A stretch of 64,000 bases of DNA from Candidatus Krumholzibacteriota bacterium (lineage in GTDB: Bacteria; Krumholzibacteriota; Krumholzibacteriia; JAJRXK01). This document shows positions 56,007 to 64,000 of this stretch, in pieces; within the stretch, counting starts at the first letter, position 1, and each line of letters begins with the position of its first letter. Where the stretch lies: assembly GCA_963806035.1 (NCBI GenBank), contig CAWDWO010000016.1, positions 10,581-74,580 on the forward strand, given 5' to 3'. A model generated the notes under the pieces. The model was given only the letters and a program-made list of their open reading frames with translations. It did no database searches and was not told where the DNA came from. Position numbers and translations under genes: made by a program.

Positions 56007-57338
56007 TCAGATCTTAGCAGAGGAGGCCGAGGTCTGGGAAGCGGTGCCTGGGGCCTTGGCCCGCGAGGCGAGCAAACGCGCCAGGAACACGCCCATCGCG
56101 GCCCCCAGACCCAGGGAAATGGCATCGGTCAGGTCCGCGGTGCGCGCGGGCAAGAAGAGTTGGGCTGCCTCCACGCACAGGCCTACCAGGAAGAAGCTCA
56201 GGGCGGCTCGCCGTGGCGAGAGCCGCGGCCACAACCCGAAACTCAAGAGCCCCAGCGGCACCCCCATGCCCGTCTCGCGCAGGAAATCGGCGAGGGCGGC
56301 GAAGCCCAGACGCTGAAAGAGGGGAAAAAAGGGCAGCCAGCGGTGCCACTCCCAGTCTTCGCTGCGCGGGAGAGACCAGGAAAAGGGAGCCAAGCCCTCG
56401 GCCAGAAGGACGAGCAGCCAGACGGTCAGGCCGGCCAGGGCGGCGCCTCGTTCACTGGGGCGGCGCTGCATCCATGCCGCGCCGAGGAGGGAGCCCGCGC
56501 AGGCCAGCACGACCACCGTGAGATCGGTTCCTCTGCCCACCACCGCCAGTTGTCCGAGCTCGACCGCGAGGGCGGTGAGAGAACTCGCCGCCACCGCCAG
56601 CGCGACCCGTGCCGTGGAGGTGCGCGGAAATCTCTCGTGTTCGCTCGCCCAGGCCAAGAAGCCTCCCAAAAGAGAGAAACGCGCCAGATCCGCCAGCCAC
56701 GCGAGGGGGCGCGGCGCGACGGCAGCGCCCACGAAGGTGCCTGCAAAGGGAATCAGGCGAGCCCCCTTCACCGCGCGTTTGAGGTCGTCGACGTCGAGGC
56801 TGAAGTTGAAGGGAAGCGCACCCGCCAGGAGCCAGGCCAGAATCGCCGTCATCGCCAAGAGCCGGTAAGGGTGATGCTCCGCCTCGCGTTCGTAAAAGGG
56901 AAGGGCGTGGCGTTTTCCCCAGAGGTCCCAGAACCACCCGGCCACGGCGCCACAGCCCGCACCCACGGTGTTCGTGAACAGATCGCTGGCGGAAGTGGTG
57001 CGCAGCGGCGAAAAAAGCTGCAGAGTTTCCACCCCCGCGCTCAGAGCCAGACCGCAGATCAGGGCAGAGATGAGCGAAGCCGGGCGGGAGAGCGCGCGTC
57101 TGCGCGCGCTCAAGAAGATCAAGAACCCCAGAGGAACGAAAAGCAGGACGTTGCTGAAAAGATCGGTGCGGCTCAGGTGGTGCGGGCCGGTGAAGCCGAA
57201 GACGCGCAGCTGGGCGTGAGCCCAGCCGTGCGCGGCGGTCGCTGCGTTGAAACGAAAATCGAAGGGAATCGTGGTGCCGTAGATGATGAACAACACCCAG
57301 AGAATGAGCAGGATCGTGACCAATCGTAGTCGGTGCAT
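56007..57338 (-). CDS. Membrane protein with three VanZ-like repeats
   Basis: NVLLFVPLG...VETLQLF...RT.S.SDL..N..G, and two degenerate copies (VELGQL....R.TD; VEAAQLF...RTAD.TD). Confidence 0.8.
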   Translation of the reverse strand: MHRLRLVTILLILWVLFIIYGTTIPFDFRFNAATAAHGWAHAQLRVFGFTGPHHLSRTDLFSNVLLFVPLGFLIFLSARRRALSRPASLISALICGLALSAGVETLQLFSPLRTTSASDLFTNTVGAGCGAVAGWFWDLWGKRHALPFYEREAEHHPYRLLAMTAILAWLLAGALPFNFSLDVDDLKRAVKGARLIPFAGTFVGAAVAPRPLAWLADLARFSLLGGFLAWASEHERFPRTSTARVALAVAASSLTALAVELGQLAVVGRGTDLTVVVLACAGSLLGAAWMQRRPSERGAALAGLTVWLLVLLAEGLAPFSWSLPRSEDWEWHRWLPFFPLFQRLGFAALADFLRETGMGVPLGLLSFGLWPRLSPRRAALSFFLVGLCVEAAQLFLPARTADLTDAISLGLGAAMGVFLARLLASRAKAPGTASQTSASSAKI

Positions 57339-57383
57339 TTTCGACTCCTGGCTACGCTGCTGTCGACCGGAGGGTCGCCTCGA

Positions 57384-59078
57384 TCAAGCCGGGCTCGGTT
57401 CCTCGAGGAAATAGTTGAAGTCCTCCGCGTCCTCCGCGTGCAGGATTTCGTAGGCGTGGGCCGCGCTCTTGGCACTGTAGAGCTGGCGCTGCACGTTTAA
57501 GTCGGAGCCGATCGCGCGGGCCATGGCGGCGATGACTTCCAGGTGACGCTCTCGACGGTTCGGGGGCGTTGCCAACAGTAGGACACAGTGGATGGAGTCT
57601 CCGTCAGGGGTTTCGAAGGCGAGTCCATCGCGGCTGATCCCCATCACCCCCATGATCTCCGTCCCCTGCTCCAGAACCCCGTGGGGAATGGCCAGGCCGT
57701 GGCCGACGCAGGTCGAAATCTCCTGCTCGCGGGTCATGACGCTCTGAAGGAAGCGTTTGCGATCCAGACCCACGTGGGTGGTGGAGGCCAGGTGATCCAC
57801 CAATCTCTCGATCGCCTCCTCGTAGGTGGAGGCGCTCAGGTTCACCAGGATGTGCTCCTCGTGCAGGAAGTCGATGAGACGAGCGCGATCCTTCCCGACA
57901 TCTCCGGAGCGCACCAGAGCGATACGAGTCATGATGGGACCGATGATTTCGTTGAGCGTGACGGAAGTCAATCCCACCGCGAGAAAGAGCTGACTGATCT
58001 CGCGGAAATTGGGGTCCTCTTGCACCAGCAGAACCAGACCGACCGCCACCCCGGCCTGCGGCACCAGGGCGAAGCCCAGATTGGAACGCACCTTCCGTGG
58101 CGCTCCACCCAGGCGCATCGCCAAGCGTCCGGCCAGGAGCTTCCCCGCGATCCTCGCGACCACCACGATCAACACCAAAAGGGCGCTGGCTTTGAGGTAG
58201 TCGAAGTCCAACTCCATTCCCGCCACGGTGAAGAAGATCGCGAAGATCGCGTTTTCGAAATTCACGAAGACGTTGTGACCGATCTCATCCTTGTCCGGCG
58301 TGAAGTTGGCGAGGGCCATGCCCAAAAAGAGGCAGGCGAGGAGGGAGGAGAAATCCAAGAAGTCGGCGAGGCCGGCGGTGAGCAGGATCGCGGCCATGGA
58401 GGCGGTGGCCAGCTGGTCACTGCGCACCAGTTTGCGGGTGGCGAGAACGAGTACTCCACCCAGACCGAATCCGATGGCGGCACTCGCGGCCAATTCCACG
58501 AGGGGCGCCATCAGGATGTCTTGCAGCCGGGGCGCCGCTTTCGCGCCCAGACTCACGTGCGCCGCGGTGTGAGCCATCTCGAAGATTGCGATGCACGCGA
58601 TGTTGTTCAGAGCCACCGCCGCCATGAGGGTCTTCACGAAGACCCCCCGAGCGCGCGCCTCCTTCACGATGGCCACGATGGTGGCGGGAGCGGTGGAGAC
58701 GGCCATGGCCGCCAGTAAGAAGGCGAAGCTCCAGGAGACGTCGGCCGCCAGGTAGACCGCTCCGAACACGAGCAGCGGGGTGAGGGTCGACTCCAGAACC
58801 AAGAGCCAGAACAGCCTTCGGCGCGCGTTGCGCAGGCGCTTGAGGTTGAGGTGATTGCCCACCGCGACCGCGATCAGCCCCAATGCAAAATTCGTGATGG
58901 GGTGCAGCGAGTGGATCGCCTCGATGCTGGCCAGGTCCAGAATGCTGGGACCGATGACCACGCCAGCCAGGATTTGTCCGGTGACCGCGGGCAGCTTCAC
59001 GCGCCGGGCGAGTTGTCCCGAGAGCACGCCGGCCACCAGGATGACGGCCAGGGTCAGAAGGGGAAAGGCATCCAACAT
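57384..59078 (-). CDS. Cation:proton antiporter (CPA2-like) fused to a PTS EIIA domain
   Basis: Multi-TM N-terminus (LP.VTG.I.AG..IGP, TAPA, PQAGVA.GL); C-terminal RE...ST..G.GLAIPHG EIIA motif. Confidence 0.87.
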   Translation of the reverse strand: MLDAFPLLTLAVILVAGVLSGQLARRVKLPAVTGQILAGVVIGPSILDLASIEAIHSLHPITNFALGLIAVAVGNHLNLKRLRNARRRLFWLLVLESTLTPLLVFGAVYLAADVSWSFAFLLAAMAVSTAPATIVAIVKEARARGVFVKTLMAAVALNNIACIAIFEMAHTAAHVSLGAKAAPRLQDILMAPLVELAASAAIGFGLGGVLVLATRKLVRSDQLATASMAAILLTAGLADFLDFSSLLACLFLGMALANFTPDKDEIGHNVFVNFENAIFAIFFTVAGMELDFDYLKASALLVLIVVVARIAGKLLAGRLAMRLGGAPRKVRSNLGFALVPQAGVAVGLVLLVQEDPNFREISQLFLAVGLTSVTLNEIIGPIMTRIALVRSGDVGKDRARLIDFLHEEHILVNLSASTYEEAIERLVDHLASTTHVGLDRKRFLQSVMTREQEISTCVGHGLAIPHGVLEQGTEIMGVMGISRDGLAFETPDGDSIHCVLLLATPPNRRERHLEVIAAMARAIGSDLNVQRQLYSAKSAAHAYEILHAEDAEDFNYFLEEPSPA

Positions 59079-59096
59079 CGTAGCTTCTTAGGCGCG

Positions 59097-60107
59097 TTAC
59101 CAGCGCATGAGTACGGAGCCCCAAGTGAAACCACTGCCGAAGGCCGAACAGGCCACCAGCATACCCTTCTTCAGAACGCCGGCTTTGACCGCCTCGTCCA
59201 TTCCGATCGGGAGCGTGGCCGCCGTGGTGTTGGCGTATTTCTGGATGGTGTTGAACACGCGATGCGGCTCCACCTGCAGGGATTCGGCGATCGCCTCGTT
59301 GATGCGCAGATTGGCCTGATGAAAGAGGAAGAGATCGACGTCTTTCACCTTCAGACCATTCGCATCGAGAGATTCCTGGATGGCCTCCGGCATGAGCTTC
59401 ACCGCGCTGATGTACACCCGGCGTCCATCCATTTTGGGGAAGTGTTCTCCGCGCTCGAGCATTTCCTCATTGATCCACTCCGCGCCATTGGCCATCCCCG
59501 GAGACTTGGCCCACAACATCTGCGCGTAGCGTCCGTCAGCATGGAGATGAGAGCTGAGGATGTGCGAGTCTTTCGCGGGGTCGTCTACCTCGCAACGTTC
59601 CATGACCACCGCGCCGGCGCCGTCGCCGAAGAGCACGCCGAGATCGCGTCCCTCGGGGCTCTTGTCCAATCCCTTGGAATGCAGTTCGGCTCCCACCACC
59701 AGGACCCGGCGGTACATTCCCGAACGGATGAACTGGTCCGCGACCGACATCCCATAGATGAATCCCGTGCATTGTTGCCGGATGTCCAGAGCCGCGACGC
59801 CGGGAAGTTCCATCTTGGCCTGTAGAAAGCAGGCGTTCCCCGGGAAACTGTGATCGGGGCTCAGAGTGGCGAAGACGATGAGTTCGACGGTGGACTTGTC
59901 GATACCCGCATTCTCGATCGCGCGATTCGCCGCTTCGAGCGCGAGATCGGAAGTCGAGGAGGATTCATCGGCCCAGAACCTCTGTTCGATCCCGGTGCGC
60001 TGCCGGATCCACTCATCGCTGGTGTTCATCAACTCACACAGATCGTCGTTGCTGACGACCCGCGGGGGAGCGTACGAGCCAACGCCAATGATCCGGGATC
60101 GCTGCAT
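59097..60107 (-). CDS. fabH: 3-oxoacyl-ACP synthase III
   Basis: TSDEWI.QRTGI, QCTGF (Cys), LFGDGAGA, FHQANLRI (His), ANT.AA (Asn), FGSGFTWG; ATG at 60107. Confidence 0.93.
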   Translation of the reverse strand: MQRSRIIGVGSYAPPRVVSNDDLCELMNTSDEWIRQRTGIEQRFWADESSSTSDLALEAANRAIENAGIDKSTVELIVFATLSPDHSFPGNACFLQAKMELPGVAALDIRQQCTGFIYGMSVADQFIRSGMYRRVLVVGAELHSKGLDKSPEGRDLGVLFGDGAGAVVMERCEVDDPAKDSHILSSHLHADGRYAQMLWAKSPGMANGAEWINEEMLERGEHFPKMDGRRVYISAVKLMPEAIQESLDANGLKVKDVDLFLFHQANLRINEAIAESLQVEPHRVFNTIQKYANTTAATLPIGMDEAVKAGVLKKGMLVACSAFGSGFTWGSVLMRW

Positions 60108-60205
60108 CTCAGAATCTCCTTCAGATGATCCACTCGCGGCCGATGGGGACGATTTCATCCCATTTGGGCCTGACTGGCAAGTTCGAAGCCGTCACGGCCG
60201 GACTT

Positions 60206-61402
60206 TCAGGATGGATCCGGCTCCGTCTCCACCACCTGGATGTGACGGTTCTTCGCTTTCACCGAGAGGGAGACCTTTCCCTCCAGCATCCTCAGGAGGT
60301 GTTGACCGGCGAGCTCGTAGCGCCATCCCTTCATCAAGGGCAAGTGGTTCGCGGAGTCATCGCCATCCTTCACCCTTTCGATGAACCGCACGAGGTCCTT
60401 CTTGGTGGCCACGTAACTGGTGGCAATGCTCGCCTTGCGAGTGATCCTGCGCAGGAATACCGAGAGTAGATCCGCGGTGAGAAGGATCTCAGGATCGTCT
60501 TCGCGAATGGAGGGCAGCTGCGGCCACTCCGACTGGGGTACTTCAAGGCCGCGTTGCACCGCCTCGAGGATTTCCTCTCCACTGCGGTGAATCTCGCGAC
60601 TGTGCAAGCGGCGAAGAACGTGCAGTTCATCCACCGCCTTGGGCTTGCGGCGCGATAGATCGATGAGGACGTCGTCCGTGATCACTCGGTTGCGCGGTAT
60701 GTTGCGTTGCGCCGCACTGTGTTCACGCCAGTCGGCGAGTTCTCGCAGGACGGCGAGCCCCTTTCCATCCAAGGAGCGATGGCGCGAAACACGACGCCAA
60801 AGGCGGCGGTAGTCGACTTCGTATTCGTCGAGTTCCTCGAAGTGCGCGAGTTCCTGAGCGAGCCAGCGCAAGCGCCCTTTCTTCTTCAGTCGAGCCGAGA
60901 GTTCGTCACGCAATTCATGCAGATAGACGACGTCGTTGAGCGCGTATTGCATCTGGGCTTCGCGCAGCGGTCTTTGGCTCCAGTCGGTCACTCGCTCCTG
61001 TTTCTTCACCCTCACGTCCAGGATGCGTCGCAGAAGATCGGCGTAACCCGGTTGTTCTCCCATACCCAAAAGGGCGGCGGCCACCTGGGTATCGAAAATT
61101 CCGTGGGGAAGGGTGCGAGTCTTGTCGTAGAAGATCTCCAGATCCTGACTCGCAGCGTGCAGGATGGTCTCGACCTCGGGATCGGCAACCAGTTTCCACA
61201 GGGGGCTCAGATCTTCCAGGACCAATGGATCGATCAGCACGGCTTCGTCACGCGTGGCAACCTGGACCAGCTGAAGAATGGGCTTGTAGGTCCGCTCGCG
61301 CTCGAATTCGGTGTCCAGAGCGATGCTCTTCTTGGCGCGCGCCCGTCGGCAGAAGGATTTGAGTTGGCGCAGTTCGGTGAGAATTTCGATTTCATGGTCC
61401 AA
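60206..61402 (-). CDS. rnd: Ribonuclease D
   Basis: ALDTEF.RE.TY, LHAA.QDLE, FDTQVAA, DWS.RPL...Q..YA..DV, HRDC domain, GWR. Confidence 0.92.
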   Translation of the reverse strand: MDHEIEILTELRQLKSFCRRARAKKSIALDTEFERERTYKPILQLVQVATRDEAVLIDPLVLEDLSPLWKLVADPEVETILHAASQDLEIFYDKTRTLPHGIFDTQVAAALLGMGEQPGYADLLRRILDVRVKKQERVTDWSQRPLREAQMQYALNDVVYLHELRDELSARLKKKGRLRWLAQELAHFEELDEYEVDYRRLWRRVSRHRSLDGKGLAVLRELADWREHSAAQRNIPRNRVITDDVLIDLSRRKPKAVDELHVLRRLHSREIHRSGEEILEAVQRGLEVPQSEWPQLPSIREDDPEILLTADLLSVFLRRITRKASIATSYVATKKDLVRFIERVKDGDDSANHLPLMKGWRYELAGQHLLRMLEGKVSLSVKAKNRHIQVVETEPDPS

Positions 61403-61569
61403 TGTCTACATTCCCGGTCTTGGAGCGAGAGCCCAACTTACACTGATTGGGCGAGCGGGGCGAGAAATTCGGCAAAATCCCGCTGGTTTGCAAGCCAGGT
61501 TGGATTATCTATCGTAACTCTGTCTTACGGCGGGAACATCCTATTCTTCAGAGCGGGAGAACGAAGTCC

Positions 61570-62739
61570 ATGGGAAAGCTGCACAAGATCGCCATCCTGA
61601 CTGGCGGTGGCGACGTGCCGGGTCTCAATGCCGCGATCAAGTCGGTGGCGAAACGCTGTCATGAGGACGGGGTCGAGCTGGTGGGGATTCGCCGGGGTTG
61701 GCAGGGCATGGTCGAACTCGAGCCGGACAACTCCGATCGCGATGCGGAATTGCTCGTCGAACTCGGTCCCGCCGTCGTGCGCACCATCGATCGCAGCGGA
61801 GGCACCATTCTCCACAGCTCTCGCACCAACCCCGGGGCCATGAAGGAGAAAGTTCTGCCGCCGAGTTTCGATCGTTCCACACACAGCCCCAAGGCCAACG
61901 GGAAGTGGGATCTTAGCGATCGGGTGCTGAAGACACTGGAGCGCATCGGTCTGGACGCGGTGGTGGTCATCGGCGGCGACGATACGCTCAGCTACGCGGC
62001 GCATCTCGATTCCCTGGGCTGGCCGACGGTCGGGATCCCCAAGACCATGGACAACGACGTGAGCGGAACCGAGTACTGTATCGGTTTTTCCACCGCAGTG
62101 ACGCGGAGCGTGGACATGATCACGCAACTGCGGACCCCGGCGGGCAGCCACGAGCGGATCGCAGTCATCGAATTGTTCGGCCGCAACTCGGGGCAGACGG
62201 CACTGCGAATCGGCTACCTCTCGGGAGCGGACCGCACTCTCATCTGTGAGGTGCCCTTCGACGTGGACAAGGTCTGCCAGTTCGCGATGGAAGATCAGGA
62301 CAACAATCCCAGTCACTATTCCATCATCGTCATCAGTGAAGGAGCATATCCGCTGGGCGGAGAGATTTTGGAGACGGGCGAGCCCGACGCCTACGGCCAC
62401 CGCAAGCTCGGCGGGGTCGGCATCTGGCTCAGCGAGCAAATTCGTCACAAGACGGGGCGCGAAACGCTGGCCCAACGTCTGGGCTATCTCATGCGGGCGG
62501 GCAGTCCCGATTCACTCGATCGAATCGTCGCCATGAACTTCGGCAATCTGGCCTACGAGCTGCTGCGCAAGGGGCGTCACGGCAACATGACGGCTCTCAT
62601 GGGCGGACGCTACGTGGCCACCCCGCTGGCCGCGGTCAACGCCGGGGCGCGCAAGGTCGACGTTGAGAGTTATTACGATGCAAAGCAGTACCTCCCCCGC
62701 ACTCTGCGCGTGGAGGACCAGCCGATGTTCTTGAGCTGA
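61570..62739 (+). CDS. 6-phosphofructokinase (PfkA family), probably PPi-dependent
   Basis: TGGGDVPGLN, GGT.L.SSRTNP, GGDDT, PKTMDND, FGR motifs; ATG at 61570. Confidence 0.9.
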   Translation: MGKLHKIAILTGGGDVPGLNAAIKSVAKRCHEDGVELVGIRRGWQGMVELEPDNSDRDAELLVELGPAVVRTIDRSGGTILHSSRTNPGAMKEKVLPPSFDRSTHSPKANGKWDLSDRVLKTLERIGLDAVVVIGGDDTLSYAAHLDSLGWPTVGIPKTMDNDVSGTEYCIGFSTAVTRSVDMITQLRTPAGSHERIAVIELFGRNSGQTALRIGYLSGADRTLICEVPFDVDKVCQFAMEDQDNNPSHYSIIVISEGAYPLGGEILETGEPDAYGHRKLGGVGIWLSEQIRHKTGRETLAQRLGYLMRAGSPDSLDRIVAMNFGNLAYELLRKGRHGNMTALMGGRYVATPLAAVNAGARKVDVESYYDAKQYLPRTLRVEDQPMFLS

Positions 62740-62781
62740 GCTGCGCGAAGTCCCATACCGGCACACCGAGGGGAAGCTGAG

Positions 62782-63618
62782 ATGAGTGAATTCGAACTGA
62801 AGAGCGATTTCGAGAGCGAGGTCCTGCAAGAGAGCACCCGGCAACCGGTGTTAGTGGACTTCTGGGCCGCTTGGTGCGGACCCTGTCGCGTTCTGGGACC
62901 GACGCTGGAGAAGCTCGCCGGTGAAGCCCAGGGTCGTTTCAAGCTGGTCAAGGTGGACACCGAGGCGCACCCGGAGATCGCGCAACACTTCCGGATCCAG
63001 AGTATCCCGGCCGTCAAACTCTTCATCGACGGTCGGGTTGCCGCCGAGTTCGTGGGGGCTCTGCCTGAGCCGAAGATTCGCGCCTGGCTCGATCAGGAAA
63101 TCCCCTCCGATACCGACCGACTCTTCCGCGCCGCGGAGGCCATTCTTGCCGCCGGCGAAACCGAGCGCGCGCGCGAAAGTCTGGAAATCGTCCTGCAGGC
63201 CGAGCCCGAGCACGTCGGGGCACGCTGCCGCCTGGCCGAGATCAGCCTCTTTTCGGACCCGGACGCGGCGCGCGCCTATCTGGAGCCGGTCTCGGGCGAC
63301 GCAGAGATCGAGGAGAGGGTGGCCGATCTTCTGCGGCTCGCGCGTCAGGCCACGCTGCTGGATGCGAAGGACCTCGCCGTGGTCGAGGAACATCAACCCA
63401 AGGCGAAGTGGGTGGAGCTCTACCTCGAGGGGAACCGCGCCCTCGCGAAGCAGGATTTCGCGGCCGCGCTGGAGGCTTGGATCGAGGTGATCACCTTCGA
63501 CCGCGAGCTCGACGACGACGGAGCTCGCAAGGCCTGCATCGCGCTCTTCCACTACTTGGGAAAGGACCATCCTCTCACACGTGAGCTCAACTCGGCCTTC
63601 AGCTCGGCCCTTTTCTGA
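62782..63618 (+). CDS. Thioredoxin-TPR protein (YbbN/CnoX-like)
   Basis: VLVDFWAAWCGPC, IQSIP.V, C-terminal TPR ending in ...LSSALF-like FSSALF. Confidence 0.88.
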   Translation: MSEFELKSDFESEVLQESTRQPVLVDFWAAWCGPCRVLGPTLEKLAGEAQGRFKLVKVDTEAHPEIAQHFRIQSIPAVKLFIDGRVAAEFVGALPEPKIRAWLDQEIPSDTDRLFRAAEAILAAGETERARESLEIVLQAEPEHVGARCRLAEISLFSDPDAARAYLEPVSGDAEIEERVADLLRLARQATLLDAKDLAVVEEHQPKAKWVELYLEGNRALAKQDFAAALEAWIEVITFDRELDDDGARKACIALFHYLGKDHPLTRELNSAFSSALF

Positions 63619-63651
63619 GCGAAGCGCGCGCCTTTCCCTTCCGGGGCAAAT

Positions 63652-64000
63652 TCAGCGCACCAAACTCAACTTCACCGCGGAGATCTCCGTACCGGCAGGG
63701 CGCGCCCAGTACACGCCGCTCGCTACCGCCTGGCCCGCGGCATCGCGCCCGTCCCAGCGATAGAGCAGTCGATCGGAGTCGCCTCCGCTGGGTCGAAGTC
63801 GCGTCACGACTCTGCCCCGCGCATCCAGGATCAGAAGCTCGGGCCGGCCGCTCGCTTCGCTGAGCGCCAGTTTCACGCTTGGATTGAAGGGATTGGGCCA
63901 GGCCGTGAGCCGCGCGGGGCTGAGCGCCGGAGGAGCACCGGTGATCGGACCTTCGGGAGCGCCGTCGCGCAGCACCAGATCGAAGGGGGGCAGTCCCACC
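63652..64000 (-). CDS. C-terminal fragment of a secreted protein with FlgD-Ig (T9SS-CTD-like) domain; gene starts beyond the window
   Basis: WPNPFNPSV.L...ILD.RGRVV..L...WDGRD.AG..VASGVYW...KLSLVR. Confidence 0.8.
   Translation of the reverse strand, partial: VGLPPFDLVLRDGAPEGPITGAPPALSPARLTAWPNPFNPSVKLALSEASGRPELLILDARGRVVTRLRPSGGDSDRLLYRWDGRDAAGQAVASGVYWARPAGTEISAVKLSLVR

Overview
GC-rich bacterial genomic window with about 50 protein-coding genes. I found no rRNA, tRNA or CRISPR array. Secreted proteins end either in a PNPFNP/FlgD-Ig C-terminal domain or in a short S-W-G-x-[LI]-K-x-x-[YF] tail, which suggests an FCB-group lineage such as Krumholzibacteriota, Latescibacterota or Eisenbacteria (inference). 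Housekeeping and transport genes include acyl-CoA dehydrogenase, corA, pepD, fabH, rnd, a PPi-type PFK, a thioredoxin-TPR protein, an RND pair, CDF, AGCS and AI-2E transporters. The notable accessory modules are: (1) a four-gene proteolytic-signalling candidate at 36.4-43.4 kb, made of a single-chain ECF sigma/anti-sigma/TM/TPR fusion divergent from a signal-peptide TPR-CHAT caspase-like protease, an orphan 223-aa protein and a divergent subtilase; (2) a putative short C-terminal sorting tag shared by an array of four Cys-rich secreted paralogs, a multiheme cytochrome c and, in variant form, a DNRLRE-like protein; (3) an outer-membrane barrel + 1902-aa TANFOR-like protein + Fn3 protein operon with no evident toxin or immunity gene; (4) an IS1-like element with perfect 28-bp terminal inverted repeats; (5) a frameshifted PDZ gene, a 55-aa protein missing from the ORF track, and a palindromic operator upstream of a DUF134 gene. 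All family assignments come from motif recognition by eye; no searches were run.
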